Shown in pieces: positions 1-8,867 of a stretch of 64,000 nucleotides of DNA (the first letter of the stretch is position 1; every line of letters begins with the position of its first letter). A program made the translations under genes and the position numbers. The notes beneath the pieces were generated by a model that did not search any database, was not told where the DNA came from, and was given only the letters and a program-made list of their open reading frames with translations. The stretch lies in the IMG/VR virus record IMGVR_UViG_3300027612_000506; one strand, written 5' to 3'. This DNA comes from an uncultured virus (IMG/VR IMGVR_UViG_3300027612_000506). Lineage: Duplodnaviria; Heunggongvirae; Uroviricota; Caudoviricetes.

Positions 1-726
1 CCATATGGTACAAAAGAAGAGGCACTAGTATCTAAAAATAAGATGTATGGATTGCTACGGGAATATATGAATAGGCAACCTATAGATATAAACTCTATTG
101 ATTGGTCAGAACTTAATACCTGGGTGGATAACGGACCATATGAATTGCCTGATGTATATGGAGTTTCGGGTGAAACAGAAGAAAAAAAAGATGCCGCGAA
201 CTTTAGTAATAAGTGGTCACCTATAGTGGAAAATAATATTAGGGACAGTTACTTCAATGTAGTAGTTGAATCCCATTACGAACACACTAATCCTGGATTT
301 AGATATGACTCCAAATATTCGTACTTAGAGTTTTCACCAACCTTTATAACTGAAAAAACATATAAAGCAATCATGTGTCAAAGGCCTTTCATATTGTACG
401 CAGGTGCGTATGGGTTGAGACAATTAAGAAAGATGGGATTTAAAACATTTGCACCGTATATCAATGAGGAATATGATGAATGTCGAGATGACATTGAAAG
501 GATGCGTATGGTAGCAGATGAAATTGAAAGGTTATGCAATCTACCTGATGATGAGCTCAAAGATCTTTTTTATAACCATCTATTCCCCGTGGCAATATAC
601 AATCAAACAGTATTAAAAAAATATCAAAATCAGTTTACAGCAAAAAAATGGTTCCCAGAAATAGATTCATATTTCAGATACACTGCTAATCTGGATGATA
701 TCATACAAAAAGAACTTTATAAATAG
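1..726 (+). CDS. Glycosyltransferase-like protein (GT10/fucosyltransferase-like C-terminus), 5'-truncated by the window edge
   Basis: Frame is open from position 1; SYFNVVVES...FITEKTYK...PFI segment resembles the GT10-type EK motif. Confidence 0.45.
   Translation, partial: PYGTKEEALVSKNKMYGLLREYMNRQPIDINSIDWSELNTWVDNGPYELPDVYGVSGETEEKKDAANFSNKWSPIVENNIRDSYFNVVVESHYEHTNPGFRYDSKYSYLEFSPTFITEKTYKAIMCQRPFILYAGAYGLRQLRKMGFKTFAPYINEEYDECRDDIERMRMVADEIERLCNLPDDELKDLFYNHLFPVAIYNQTVLKKYQNQFTAKKWFPEIDSYFRYTANLDDIIQKELYK
718..725 (+). promoter_or_regulatory. T4-type late promoter TATAAATA
   Basis: Exact TATAAATA followed by an AGGAG RBS and the gp3 start; gp55 is encoded in the window. Confidence 0.8.
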
Positions 727-744
727 TCGTATAGGAGATAATAT

Positions 745-1332
745 ATGGCTTATAATCCAATAACAAATGTAGCAGAGGCAGGTTCATCAGGTGCAAACAA
801 CCCATCTGAACTTGATTATCTTCGCCCTAATGGATTTAAATTCCAAATCCATAATATCCCCAATGTGTCGTTTTTTTGCCAAGCGGCAAACATTCCTCAA
901 ATGTCACTTGGTCAACAAGAAGCACAGACACCTCTATCTAACCTATACTTCCCAGGTGAGAAGTTAGCTTTCGGTGAATTGGTTATCCGATTCTTAGTAC
1001 AAGAAGATATGGCTAATTACAAAGAGTTATATGATTGGATGGTTGGTTTAGGTTCGCCTGAAAACCATAAACAGTTTTCTGATTATGTTGACGGACAAAG
1101 ATTTAGGTTTCCCAACCAAAATTCTAAAACTAAAGACTTAGGTCAATTTAGTGATGCTACACTATTTGTGTTGGACTCAAACAATAATCCAAATGTAAAG
1201 TTTACATTTAAAGATGTGTTTCCCATCAGCCTGGAAGGATTAGATTTTGATATTAGTAGCGGTGACCAAAACTACTTTGTGGGTGTAGCGGCATTTAGGT
1301 ACCGGTTATTTAATATCGAAACGGTAACCTAA
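745..1332 (+). CDS. gp3: Tail completion / tail tube terminator (T4 gp3-like)
   Basis: YLRPNGFKF, FFCQAANIP and F-DVFPISL motifs; conserved position before uvsY. Confidence 0.8.
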   Translation: MAYNPITNVAEAGSSGANNPSELDYLRPNGFKFQIHNIPNVSFFCQAANIPQMSLGQQEAQTPLSNLYFPGEKLAFGELVIRFLVQEDMANYKELYDWMVGLGSPENHKQFSDYVDGQRFRFPNQNSKTKDLGQFSDATLFVLDSNNNPNVKFTFKDVFPISLEGLDFDISSGDQNYFVGVAAFRYRLFNIETVT

Positions 1333-1994
1333 TGAAACCAAATTTATTATGTGTAGGTAATGTGAAAGCTGGCTCAACATCACTTAATGAGACCTTAAAT
1401 CAACACTCTCAAATTTTTATGGCTAAAGAAAAAGAGATACACTTCTTTGACTTCAATTATGATAAGGGATTTGATTGGTATGAAAGTCACTTTAAACAGC
1501 ATACCAATGAATTGATTGTAGGTGAAACCACTCCAAACTATATGTATCGAGATATATTTTTAGATCGTATCTATAATTATGCAGACGACTTAAAAATTAT
1601 AGTCCTTATAAGGAACCCAATAGAAAGAGCGTTATCACATCACAATATGTTTTATCTAGGAGGAGTGGATAAATATACAACTATTACAGAATCTAATATG
1701 TTTAATTGGTATATGGAAAAATCACTATGTTATGATAGGATTAAACAACTAGAGGACCGGTATGATGTACTATGTGTTCAGACAGAGAAATTAGATCAAA
1801 GCTATAATATGATACAAAAATGGTTAGGGGTGGATAATGAGAATTTAATACCGGTTCGTGCTATGGTGGCACCATCTAAATTGGACATAGATATAGAGAC
1901 AAAGAAAACATTATTACCTTTCTTTAAAGATGAAATAGAAAACCTAGAAGAACATTTGGGATGGGATTTAAAAAATTACAAAACGGTCACATAG
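1332..1994 (+). CDS. PAPS-dependent sulfotransferase
   Basis: 5'PSB motif KAGSTSL, KEIHFFD, 3'PB motif RNPIERALS. Confidence 0.85.
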   Translation: MKPNLLCVGNVKAGSTSLNETLNQHSQIFMAKEKEIHFFDFNYDKGFDWYESHFKQHTNELIVGETTPNYMYRDIFLDRIYNYADDLKIIVLIRNPIERALSHHNMFYLGGVDKYTTITESNMFNWYMEKSLCYDRIKQLEDRYDVLCVQTEKLDQSYNMIQKWLGVDNENLIPVRAMVAPSKLDIDIETKKTLLPFFKDEIENLEEHLGWDLKNYKTVT

Positions 1995-2037
1995 TTCTTG
2001 ACTTTTGTACCGTTTGTTGCTATAGTATGTATAAATA
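1986..2037 (+). promoter_or_regulatory. Sigma70 promoter (TTGACT 1998, 17 bp, TATAGT 2021) with an upstream GTCA and a tandem late promoter TATAAATA (2030)
   Basis: Consensus boxes with 17-bp spacing upstream of uvsY. Confidence 0.75.
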
Positions 2038-2059
2038 AACACCTTGATATGAGTATAGT

Positions 2060-2503
2060 ATGATTACATTGAAAGAATTACAGGACATGTGGGCAGTCGA
2101 TTGCAAGATTGACGAGCTTAATCTGGGTAGTGAGAGTACTAAGATACCCGAACTACATTCCAAATATCTTACGCACATGAGTAATGTGCGATTGCAACTT
2201 CGCAAGTCAGAAGCATCCCTACTAAAATTACGGCGCATCAAGGTTCAATATTTCCGCGGAGAACTCTCTAAGCAAGAGTTAGATGCTTTAGGCTGGGAGC
2301 AATGGTTAGGTCCTAAAATGTTAAAGCAGGATATGAATGATACATTAGATTCAGACGATGACATCATTGAGCAAACAAACAAAGTAGAATACATTCGCAC
2401 TATTGCAGATTTCTTAGAGCGGGTTATGCGATACTTAAACAGCCGTACATGGGATATTAAAAACTCCATCGAATGGACAAAGTTTACTAACGGGCTAATG
2501 TAA
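2060..2503 (+). CDS. uvsY: Recombination mediator UvsY
   Basis: W-DCKID, IPELHSKY and RTWDIKNSIEW motifs; between gp3 and uvsW. Confidence 0.9.
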   Translation: MITLKELQDMWAVDCKIDELNLGSESTKIPELHSKYLTHMSNVRLQLRKSEASLLKLRRIKVQYFRGELSKQELDALGWEQWLGPKMLKQDMNDTLDSDDDIIEQTNKVEYIRTIADFLERVMRYLNSRTWDIKNSIEWTKFTNGLM

Positions 2504-3987
2504 TGATAACGGTTACTAAAAAAGATGAAGTAAATTTAATTGTTGATTGTGAGATTAGTATCGCACAAGAGATCAATGACTTCTTCACCTTTGAAGTACC
2601 CGGTGCAAAATTTATGCCTGCCTATAAGTCTCGCATGTGGGATGGTAAAGCTAGGCTATTTAATATTTACGCAAAGGAATTGCCTGTAGGACTTTTGTCG
2701 TATTTAAAAGAGTTTGCTGAACAGTTAGAGTATAAAATTGTTATAAATATCTCGGACATAGGACACCCTGTGTCTATCCCATACATAACAAACTTTACGC
2801 AGGAGTTAAAACTAACCTCTAATGAAAAACCTATTGACGCCAGAGAGTATCAAATTGAAGCAATCACACAAGGAATTAATAATGGCAGGAGTCTACTTCT
2901 TAGTCCCACTGCTTCAGGCAAGTCTCTCATTATTTATTCCCTGGTTCGTTATTATCAACACTTAGGAAAAAAACAGCTACTTATAGTACCAACCACATCA
3001 TTGGTTGAACAGATGTATGGTGATTTTGCCGACTATGCATCTAGAGATTCTTGGAAAGCATCAGAAAATTGTCATCGCATTTATGGTGGTAAGGAAAAGT
3101 CAAACGATTTCCCTATCACTATATCGACATGGCAATCAATTTACAAGTTTCCTAAAAAATGGTTTGACAAGTTTGATGTGGTGTATGGAGATGAGGCGCA
3201 TTTATTTAAGGCAAAGTCACTTACTTCAATTCTAAATAAGTGTGTTAATGCGCCTTATCGTTTTGGTACTACAGGTACCTTGGATGGAACAAAGACTCAC
3301 AAACTTGTTTTGGAGGGGTGCTTTGGACCTGTATATAAAGTAACCACAACAAAGAAACTTATGGATGACGGGGCACTTGCTGACCTTAAGGTAACCTGTC
3401 TACTTCTTGATTATTCAGATGAAGATAAAAAGTCCGTAAAAGATATGAACTATCAAGAGGAGATGGACTTTCTTGTCTCCCATCCTAAGCGCAATTCAAT
3501 CCTCCGCAATCTTTCAGTAACACAAAAGGGTAACACATTAGTACTTTTCCAGTATGTTGAAAAACATGGTGAAGTATTGTTTGATATGATTAAACGAAAA
3601 GTAGATGATGGGCGTCCAGTATATTTTGTATACGGCGGTACTGAAACTGACCAGCGAGAACAGATTCGTGCATTGACTGAAAAGGCAGACAACGCTATCA
3701 TTGTCGCCTCATATGGAACATTCTCAACAGGCATAAATATAAGGAACTTACATAATGTTGTGTTTGCTTCACCATCAAAAAGCAGAATACGAAACCTGCA
3801 AAGTATAGGTAGGGGCTTGCGTAAGGGTGACAGTAAAACAGCTTGTAATTTATTTGATGTTGGTGATGACTTAACTTGGAAGTCTAAGAAAAATTATACT
3901 TTGAATCATATGGTTGAAAGAATTAAATTATATAATGAAGAAGGGTTTAAATATAAACTCGTAAGGTTGTCTACATATGAAAATTGA
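2503..3987 (+). CDS. uvsW: SF2 helicase UvsW
   Basis: SPTASGKS Walker A, DEAH box, QSIGRGLR. Confidence 0.95.
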   Translation: MITVTKKDEVNLIVDCEISIAQEINDFFTFEVPGAKFMPAYKSRMWDGKARLFNIYAKELPVGLLSYLKEFAEQLEYKIVINISDIGHPVSIPYITNFTQELKLTSNEKPIDAREYQIEAITQGINNGRSLLLSPTASGKSLIIYSLVRYYQHLGKKQLLIVPTTSLVEQMYGDFADYASRDSWKASENCHRIYGGKEKSNDFPITISTWQSIYKFPKKWFDKFDVVYGDEAHLFKAKSLTSILNKCVNAPYRFGTTGTLDGTKTHKLVLEGCFGPVYKVTTTKKLMDDGALADLKVTCLLLDYSDEDKKSVKDMNYQEEMDFLVSHPKRNSILRNLSVTQKGNTLVLFQYVEKHGEVLFDMIKRKVDDGRPVYFVYGGTETDQREQIRALTEKADNAIIVASYGTFSTGINIRNLHNVVFASPSKSRIRNLQSIGRGLRKGDSKTACNLFDVGDDLTWKSKKNYTLNHMVERIKLYNEEGFKYKLVRLSTYEN

Positions 3988-4363
3988 AATACCAACTGTT
4001 ATTAAATTTGATAATGGTGATATAGTCATTGCATTGCTTGATGAAGAAACTGATATTGAGTCTCAAGGTTTTATTGATTTGTTATTCCCTATTAAGGTTG
4101 TGAGTGACCTGGTACCTCAAGGTCAACAAATAGTAGAAAAGTTTTCACTTCAACCTTGGATTGCCTTGTCAGATGAAATTGCTTTTCGTATCAGTACCAA
4201 AAGTATTACAATGATAACTCCTCTAAGAGAAGATTATGAGGCAGGGTATAAAAGAATGGTAGAAAACTTCTTTACAGAATTAAATGAAGATGATACTATA
4301 AAGGATAATGAGGAAACAATGTTTGAATATATGGAAGCATTAAAACATAATAAGATTAATTAA
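3977..4363 (+). CDS. Conserved T4-like hypothetical protein between uvsW and gp55
   Basis: IKFDNGDIVIA N-terminus, PW motif, synteny. Confidence 0.6.
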   Translation: MKIEIPTVIKFDNGDIVIALLDEETDIESQGFIDLLFPIKVVSDLVPQGQQIVEKFSLQPWIALSDEIAFRISTKSITMITPLREDYEAGYKRMVENFFTELNEDDTIKDNEETMFEYMEALKHNKIN

Positions 4364-4392
4364 GTTATTATTCCTTCAAACGCTACAGAGCG

Positions 4393-4421
4393 AGTATAAC
4401 GAATTAATTGGACATTGTCAA
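4393..4421 (-). promoter_or_regulatory. Antisense sigma70 promoter TTGACA-17-TATACT
   Basis: Minus strand reads TTGACA (4421-4416), 17 bp, TATACT (4398-4393). Confidence 0.7.
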
Positions 4422-4449
4422 GAACTATTTTAATATGGAGTACCAAAAA

Positions 4450-5046
4450 GTGAAACAAGTAAAGAAAAATGCACATTACATTGATAACAAGGAATTTCTC
4501 AAAGCCATTTCAGAATACCGAGAGAAGCGGCTTGAAGCCGAAGCGGCGGGTGAACCTAAACCGAGAGTAACAAATTACTTAGGTGAGTGTATGGTTAAGA
4601 TTGCCAATCACTTAGCATACAAAGCAAACTTTGTGAATTACACTTTCCGCGATGAAATGATTTTAGATGGGATTGAAAATTGTATTACATACATTGACAA
4701 TTTCGATCCAGAGAAATCTAAAAATCCTTTTGCATATTTTACTCAGATTACATACTATGCTTTCCTGCGTAGAATCCAAAAAGAAAAGAAACAACTAGAT
4801 ACCAAATATAAGTACATCCAGAGTTTGGACATGCAAACATTAATGATGTCGGAAGAAGGCAATGAAGGTTCAGGTGAATTTCTTGAATATATGCGTAAAC
4901 AGATTGACGAAGCCGCAACATTGGATAGAGACCATTCTGAACAAAAAGCAAATGTAATTAAACGCCGTCCGAAATATCTTGATGATAAGGCTGCTTTAGA
5001 ACTTGCTAAAGAAAAGGTAGACGGCATGAAAGAGTTGGATGATTGA
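4450..5046 (+). CDS. gp55: Late-transcription sigma factor gp55
   Basis: HYIDNKEF, NFVNYTFRDEMILDGIENC, NPFAYFTQI; GTG start with GGAG at 4437 (ATG 4435 is an alternative start). Confidence 0.95.
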   Translation: MKQVKKNAHYIDNKEFLKAISEYREKRLEAEAAGEPKPRVTNYLGECMVKIANHLAYKANFVNYTFRDEMILDGIENCITYIDNFDPEKSKNPFAYFTQITYYAFLRRIQKEKKQLDTKYKYIQSLDMQTLMMSEEGNEGSGEFLEYMRKQIDEAATLDRDHSEQKANVIKRRPKYLDDKAALELAKEKVDGMKELDD

Positions 5047-5467
5047 TATGCATGAGTACAGATGTAAAATTTTGAGAGTAGTTGATGGCGACACTGTAGA
5101 TGTGGATATTGATTTAGGTTTTGGTGTATGGCTAAAAAAACAGCGTATCAGATTATATGGTATTGACACACCTGAAAGCCGTACTCGTGATAAAGAAGAA
5201 AAGGTATATGGTCTTAAAGCCAAAGCCTTCCTTAAGGACCAACTTAAAAATGGTGCAACTCTTAAAACATATAAGGATGGTAAGGGTAAGTTTGGTCGTA
5301 TTCTAGGTGAGTTTATTGTGGAATCAGAAGGGTATGATGGTACAATGACGGTAGTCCATAATGTTAACAAACGCATGATTGAAAAACACCATGCCGTAGC
5401 TTACTTTGGTCAGTCTAAAGAAGCCATTGCCGAGGAGCATATTAAAAATCGCCTTTTGGTAGAATAG
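5039..5467 (+). CDS. Thermonuclease (SNase-like)
   Basis: RVVDGDTVD, RIRLYGIDTPE, GKFGRILG. Confidence 0.85.
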   Translation: MIDMHEYRCKILRVVDGDTVDVDIDLGFGVWLKKQRIRLYGIDTPESRTRDKEEKVYGLKAKAFLKDQLKNGATLKTYKDGKGKFGRILGEFIVESEGYDGTMTVVHNVNKRMIEKHHAVAYFGQSKEAIAEEHIKNRLLVE

Positions 5468-5470
5468 TAC

Positions 5471-5499
5471 TTGACATCTCTTTAACTTTTGTGTATAGT
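5471..5499 (+). promoter_or_regulatory. Sigma70 promoter of queE (leaderless)
   Basis: TTGACA 5471, 17 bp, TATAGT 5494; ATG at 5507. Confidence 0.8.
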
Positions 5500-5506
5500 T
5501 TACATT

Positions 5507-6412
5507 ATGAATATTAAATACTCTGAAATTTTTTATAGCTTCCAAGGTGAAGCTGAACTTGCCGGCAAGCCATCTGTGTGGTTACGCTTCTTTGGTTGTA
5601 ACCTTGAATGTAATGGCTTTGGTCAAGATAACCCTGCCGATGAATCCTCATGGGAACTTCCCTTTAAGGATGCAGACTTGTCACTCATTAAAACAGTAGA
5701 AGAACTTCCTGTTTTTAGTAAGGGGTGTGATTCATCTTACTCCTGGTCAAATCGCTACAAACACTTATGTCCTTCCGAATCTGTAGAGGAAGTATGTGAT
5801 AAGATTGAAGCACAACTACCCAATGGTAGATTTGTACAGGATGAACATTCTCCTGGTGCAACTGATACAATGCTTTGTTTTACAGGTGGTGAACCTATGC
5901 TACGGCAAAAACATATGCAAGCAATTGTTGAGGAGTTTATTAAACGGGGTAACTGTCCTAAAACTGTAACTGTAGAAACAAATGGCACTAAGCCCATAAC
6001 TGGTGCATTTAAGGATTGGTTATCGCTTATCACTTATGAGTTGGACATGAGATGGCATTGGGCAATCAGTCCTAAACTTCTTCATACAGCAGGGGAAAAA
6101 GATGCAGTTATTCCCGATGTTATTGTAGGTTATGCAGATGCTTGTTCTAGAGTTACAACTATTCTAAAGTTTGTTTGTAACGGATCAGATGCATCTTGGA
6201 ATGAAATTGATGAGGCATTAAAAAATACTAGTTTAGAGTTTGCAGATATTTCTGATGTAGTATCTTTTCCCGATGTTTGGATTATGCCTGTAGGCGCTAC
6301 TAAAGAACAACAAGAAAGTGTTGTTGATATTGTAATGGAAACAATGCGGCGAGGGTACAAGGTAGCAACTCGTAATCACGCATATGTATTTGGAAATCAG
6401 ATAGGAACTTAA
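5507..6412 (+). CDS. queE: 7-carboxy-7-deazaguanine synthase (radical SAM)
   Basis: EIFYSFQGE, LRFFGCNLEC...GCDS, FTGGEP, ETNGT. Confidence 0.9.
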   Translation: MNIKYSEIFYSFQGEAELAGKPSVWLRFFGCNLECNGFGQDNPADESSWELPFKDADLSLIKTVEELPVFSKGCDSSYSWSNRYKHLCPSESVEEVCDKIEAQLPNGRFVQDEHSPGATDTMLCFTGGEPMLRQKHMQAIVEEFIKRGNCPKTVTVETNGTKPITGAFKDWLSLITYELDMRWHWAISPKLLHTAGEKDAVIPDVIVGYADACSRVTTILKFVCNGSDASWNEIDEALKNTSLEFADISDVVSFPDVWIMPVGATKEQQESVVDIVMETMRRGYKVATRNHAYVFGNQIGT

Positions 6413-6414
6413 TT

Positions 6415-6894
6415 ATGAAATATTCTATGGAATACCCCCATCTTCCTCAACCGCAATATGAATATGATATTACATACAATTTAGGTAATCCGCAAATTGA
6501 ATTATCTTGGAAGAATATTAATCGTATTGTAGATAAAATTGAAGCTCAAGTACGAGACAAAGGTTATACCGCTGTAGTAGGGCTTGCTCGAGGGGGTGTT
6601 GTACCTGCTATTATGTTGAGTCACCGATTAGGAATAAAGTTTGAATCGGTCACATGGCAAACACGGGATGGCGGGTTTCAGGAGATAGGTCGTCTAAATA
6701 ATATCGTTAACCGAGAAAAGGTTTTAATTGTAGATGATATTTGTGACTCTGGGTTAACACTAACACAAGTAAAAGCAAATCATCCAGATGCAGATGTTGC
6801 TGTGTTAGTGACCAAAGTGGACACAAAACTAGTTGACTTTGTAGGTGAGACATATTATAATGATAATCGTTGGGTAGTATTTCCTTGGGAGTAG
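6415..6894 (+). CDS. Type I phosphoribosyltransferase (Gpt-like)
   Basis: GLARGG, PRPP loop VLIVDDICDSGLT, C-terminal WVVFPWE. Confidence 0.9.
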   Translation: MKYSMEYPHLPQPQYEYDITYNLGNPQIELSWKNINRIVDKIEAQVRDKGYTAVVGLARGGVVPAIMLSHRLGIKFESVTWQTRDGGFQEIGRLNNIVNREKVLIVDDICDSGLTLTQVKANHPDADVAVLVTKVDTKLVDFVGETYYNDNRWVVFPWE

Positions 6895-6896
6895 AT

Positions 6897-7577
6897 ATGA
6901 AAATAAGTGACAAAATTAAACAGCGTCTTGAATTGGACGCATATCGGTATCATGCCGCGGATAATATTAGTCAGTATATACATGAGGGAGAACATACTCT
7001 TTTAATTGATGAAGTATCTGAAAAATTTGAGGCTGTATTACAGAGTCTTGTAATTGATACTGAGGATGATCCTAATAGTAATGGAACTGCTCGTCGTCTT
7101 GCTAAGATGTATATTAATGAAATTATGGGTGGTCGTTATTATCCTAGTCCTAAAGTAACATCATTTCCTAATGATGGGCAGTATGACCAACTAATAGTCG
7201 TTCGTTCTGATATTAAGTCGATGTGTTCTCATCATCACCAACCCGTAACAGGTATTTGTTATATCGCCTGTATGCCGGGTGAGAATCTTATTGGGCTGTC
7301 TAAGTACACCCGAATCGCACAACACCTTGCATCTCGTGGACACTTACAAGAAGAACTAACAGAAATGATTGCTAGTGAGATTGAGCGTCTTACACATTCA
7401 CCTGCTGTTGGTGTTTACATTAGAGCAAGACACGGGTGTTGTGAAAACCGTGGCATTCGTTCATCTAACAGTGCCACACAAACTACTGTTCTTAAGGGTG
7501 CATTAAAAAATGACCCTGCTCTAAAGAACGAGTTCATGCACAATATTCAAATACAGGAGAATTTGTGTAATGGATAA
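6897..7577 (+). CDS. folE: GTP cyclohydrolase I
   Basis: TARRLAKMY, SMCSHHH, GLSK, QEELT, HGCCENRG. Confidence 0.95.
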   Translation: MKISDKIKQRLELDAYRYHAADNISQYIHEGEHTLLIDEVSEKFEAVLQSLVIDTEDDPNSNGTARRLAKMYINEIMGGRYYPSPKVTSFPNDGQYDQLIVVRSDIKSMCSHHHQPVTGICYIACMPGENLIGLSKYTRIAQHLASRGHLQEELTEMIASEIERLTHSPAVGVYIRARHGCCENRGIRSSNSATQTTVLKGALKNDPALKNEFMHNIQIQENLCNG

Positions 7578-8100
7578 TCAGAAGCAGGTAATGGTTGACA
7601 TTGAAACTCTTAGTGTTCGTCCATATGCCTCTATCCTCTCAATTGGTGCCGTATCTTTTAATGTAGAACAAGGCGTGCTTGACACATTCTATGTAAATGT
7701 AGATGCCAATTCTTGCAAGGACGCAGGACTTCATATCTCCAAGGATACTGTGGAGTGGTGGAGTAAACAAAGCAAGGAGGCTAGACAGGCTTTAACAGTC
7801 AATCCGTTACCTGTTACTGATGCACTACAGAAATTTGCCGATTGGTTTGGCAATGATAAGAAAACTGTAATCTGGGGTAATGGTTCTGCTTTTGACATTT
7901 CTATTCTGGAGTCTGCATATTGGAACACGGGGCTTACTATTCCCTGGTCGCCTTGGAAAGTACAGTGTTATAGAACGGTTCTAAATCTTGTAGGTGTAAA
8001 CAATAGTGCCATCCGTAAAGCCGAGAACGATACACATCACAATGCACTAGATGATGCTATGAGCCAAACTGGAACTCTATTAAAGATCTTGAGGAATTAA
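7570..8100 (+). CDS. DEDDh 3'-5' exonuclease (DexA/Rv2179c-like)
   Basis: MVDIETL, WGNGSAFD, HHNALDDA. Confidence 0.85.
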   Translation: MDNQKQVMVDIETLSVRPYASILSIGAVSFNVEQGVLDTFYVNVDANSCKDAGLHISKDTVEWWSKQSKEARQALTVNPLPVTDALQKFADWFGNDKKTVIWGNGSAFDISILESAYWNTGLTIPWSPWKVQCYRTVLNLVGVNNSAIRKAENDTHHNALDDAMSQTGTLLKILRN

Positions 8101-8322
8101 ATGTCATATCCATATACTAAAAATCTAAGACATTTCACTGATTTGAGACCTGTGCCGGCAATGAACAAGTTACACATTGAAGGGCAGGACCATCATGGTA
8201 AAAAAACGGTCACAAATGTTCTTGACTTTGATGCCGCAAATCTATATAATTTACTTAATGAGGTTTACAATTTAGGTAAATCAGATAAAGCAAATGAAAT
8301 TAGAAAGGCATTAGAACTATGA
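8101..8322 (+). CDS. Hypothetical protein
   Basis: Directly abuts both neighbours; RBS GAGGA. Confidence 0.55.
   Translation: MSYPYTKNLRHFTDLRPVPAMNKLHIEGQDHHGKKTVTNVLDFDAANLYNLLNEVYNLGKSDKANEIRKALEL
8209..8250 (+). promoter_or_regulatory. Internal sigma70 promoter driving the denV-like/dpdA/dpdL/GT/queD genes
   Basis: GTCA, TTGACT 8222, 17 bp, TATAAT 8245. Confidence 0.7.
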
Positions 8323-8867
8323 ACATTTTTTACTTGCATGAGAAGCCCGAAACTTGCGCTCAACTACATTGTGACAAGCATGTGGTTAAGATGATTATTG
8401 AGTATGCACAGTTGATGTCTACGGCACATCGTGTACTAGACGGTGACCTTTACAATGACAAGACTAAAAATGGTCGCAATATTAAACGGTGGCGCCTTAG
8501 TAGTGACAATGCCGAGTCTGTAATTTACAAAGCATCCCACATTAATCATCCTTCAGGTATTTGGACTCGTGCAACGGATGAAAATTACAAATGGCTTTAT
8601 GCGCTGTGGCTAGAATTGTGTAAAGAATACACACACCGTTATGGTAAGAAACATCTTACACAGGAAAAACTAGAGCATATACTATGTAACACTCCTACTA
8701 ACATTCCCTCTGGTCCTCTTACGGAAGTCCCACAGGCGATGCCCGATGATGTTAAGACAACAGATCCTATTAAGGCATATAAATCTTATTATCGTCAATA
8801 CAAACAGGCGTTTGCTAAATGGACAAACCGCCAGACACCAGAGTTTATGTTATGTCCCACACACTAG
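8319..8867 (+). CDS. Pyrimidine-dimer DNA glycosylase family (DenV-like)
   Basis: MNIFYL...HCDKHVVKM..EYAQL, HINHP, EYTHRYGK, PQAMP. Confidence 0.75.
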   Translation: MNIFYLHEKPETCAQLHCDKHVVKMIIEYAQLMSTAHRVLDGDLYNDKTKNGRNIKRWRLSSDNAESVIYKASHINHPSGIWTRATDENYKWLYALWLELCKEYTHRYGKKHLTQEKLEHILCNTPTNIPSGPLTEVPQAMPDDVKTTDPIKAYKSYYRQYKQAFAKWTNRQTPEFMLCPTH

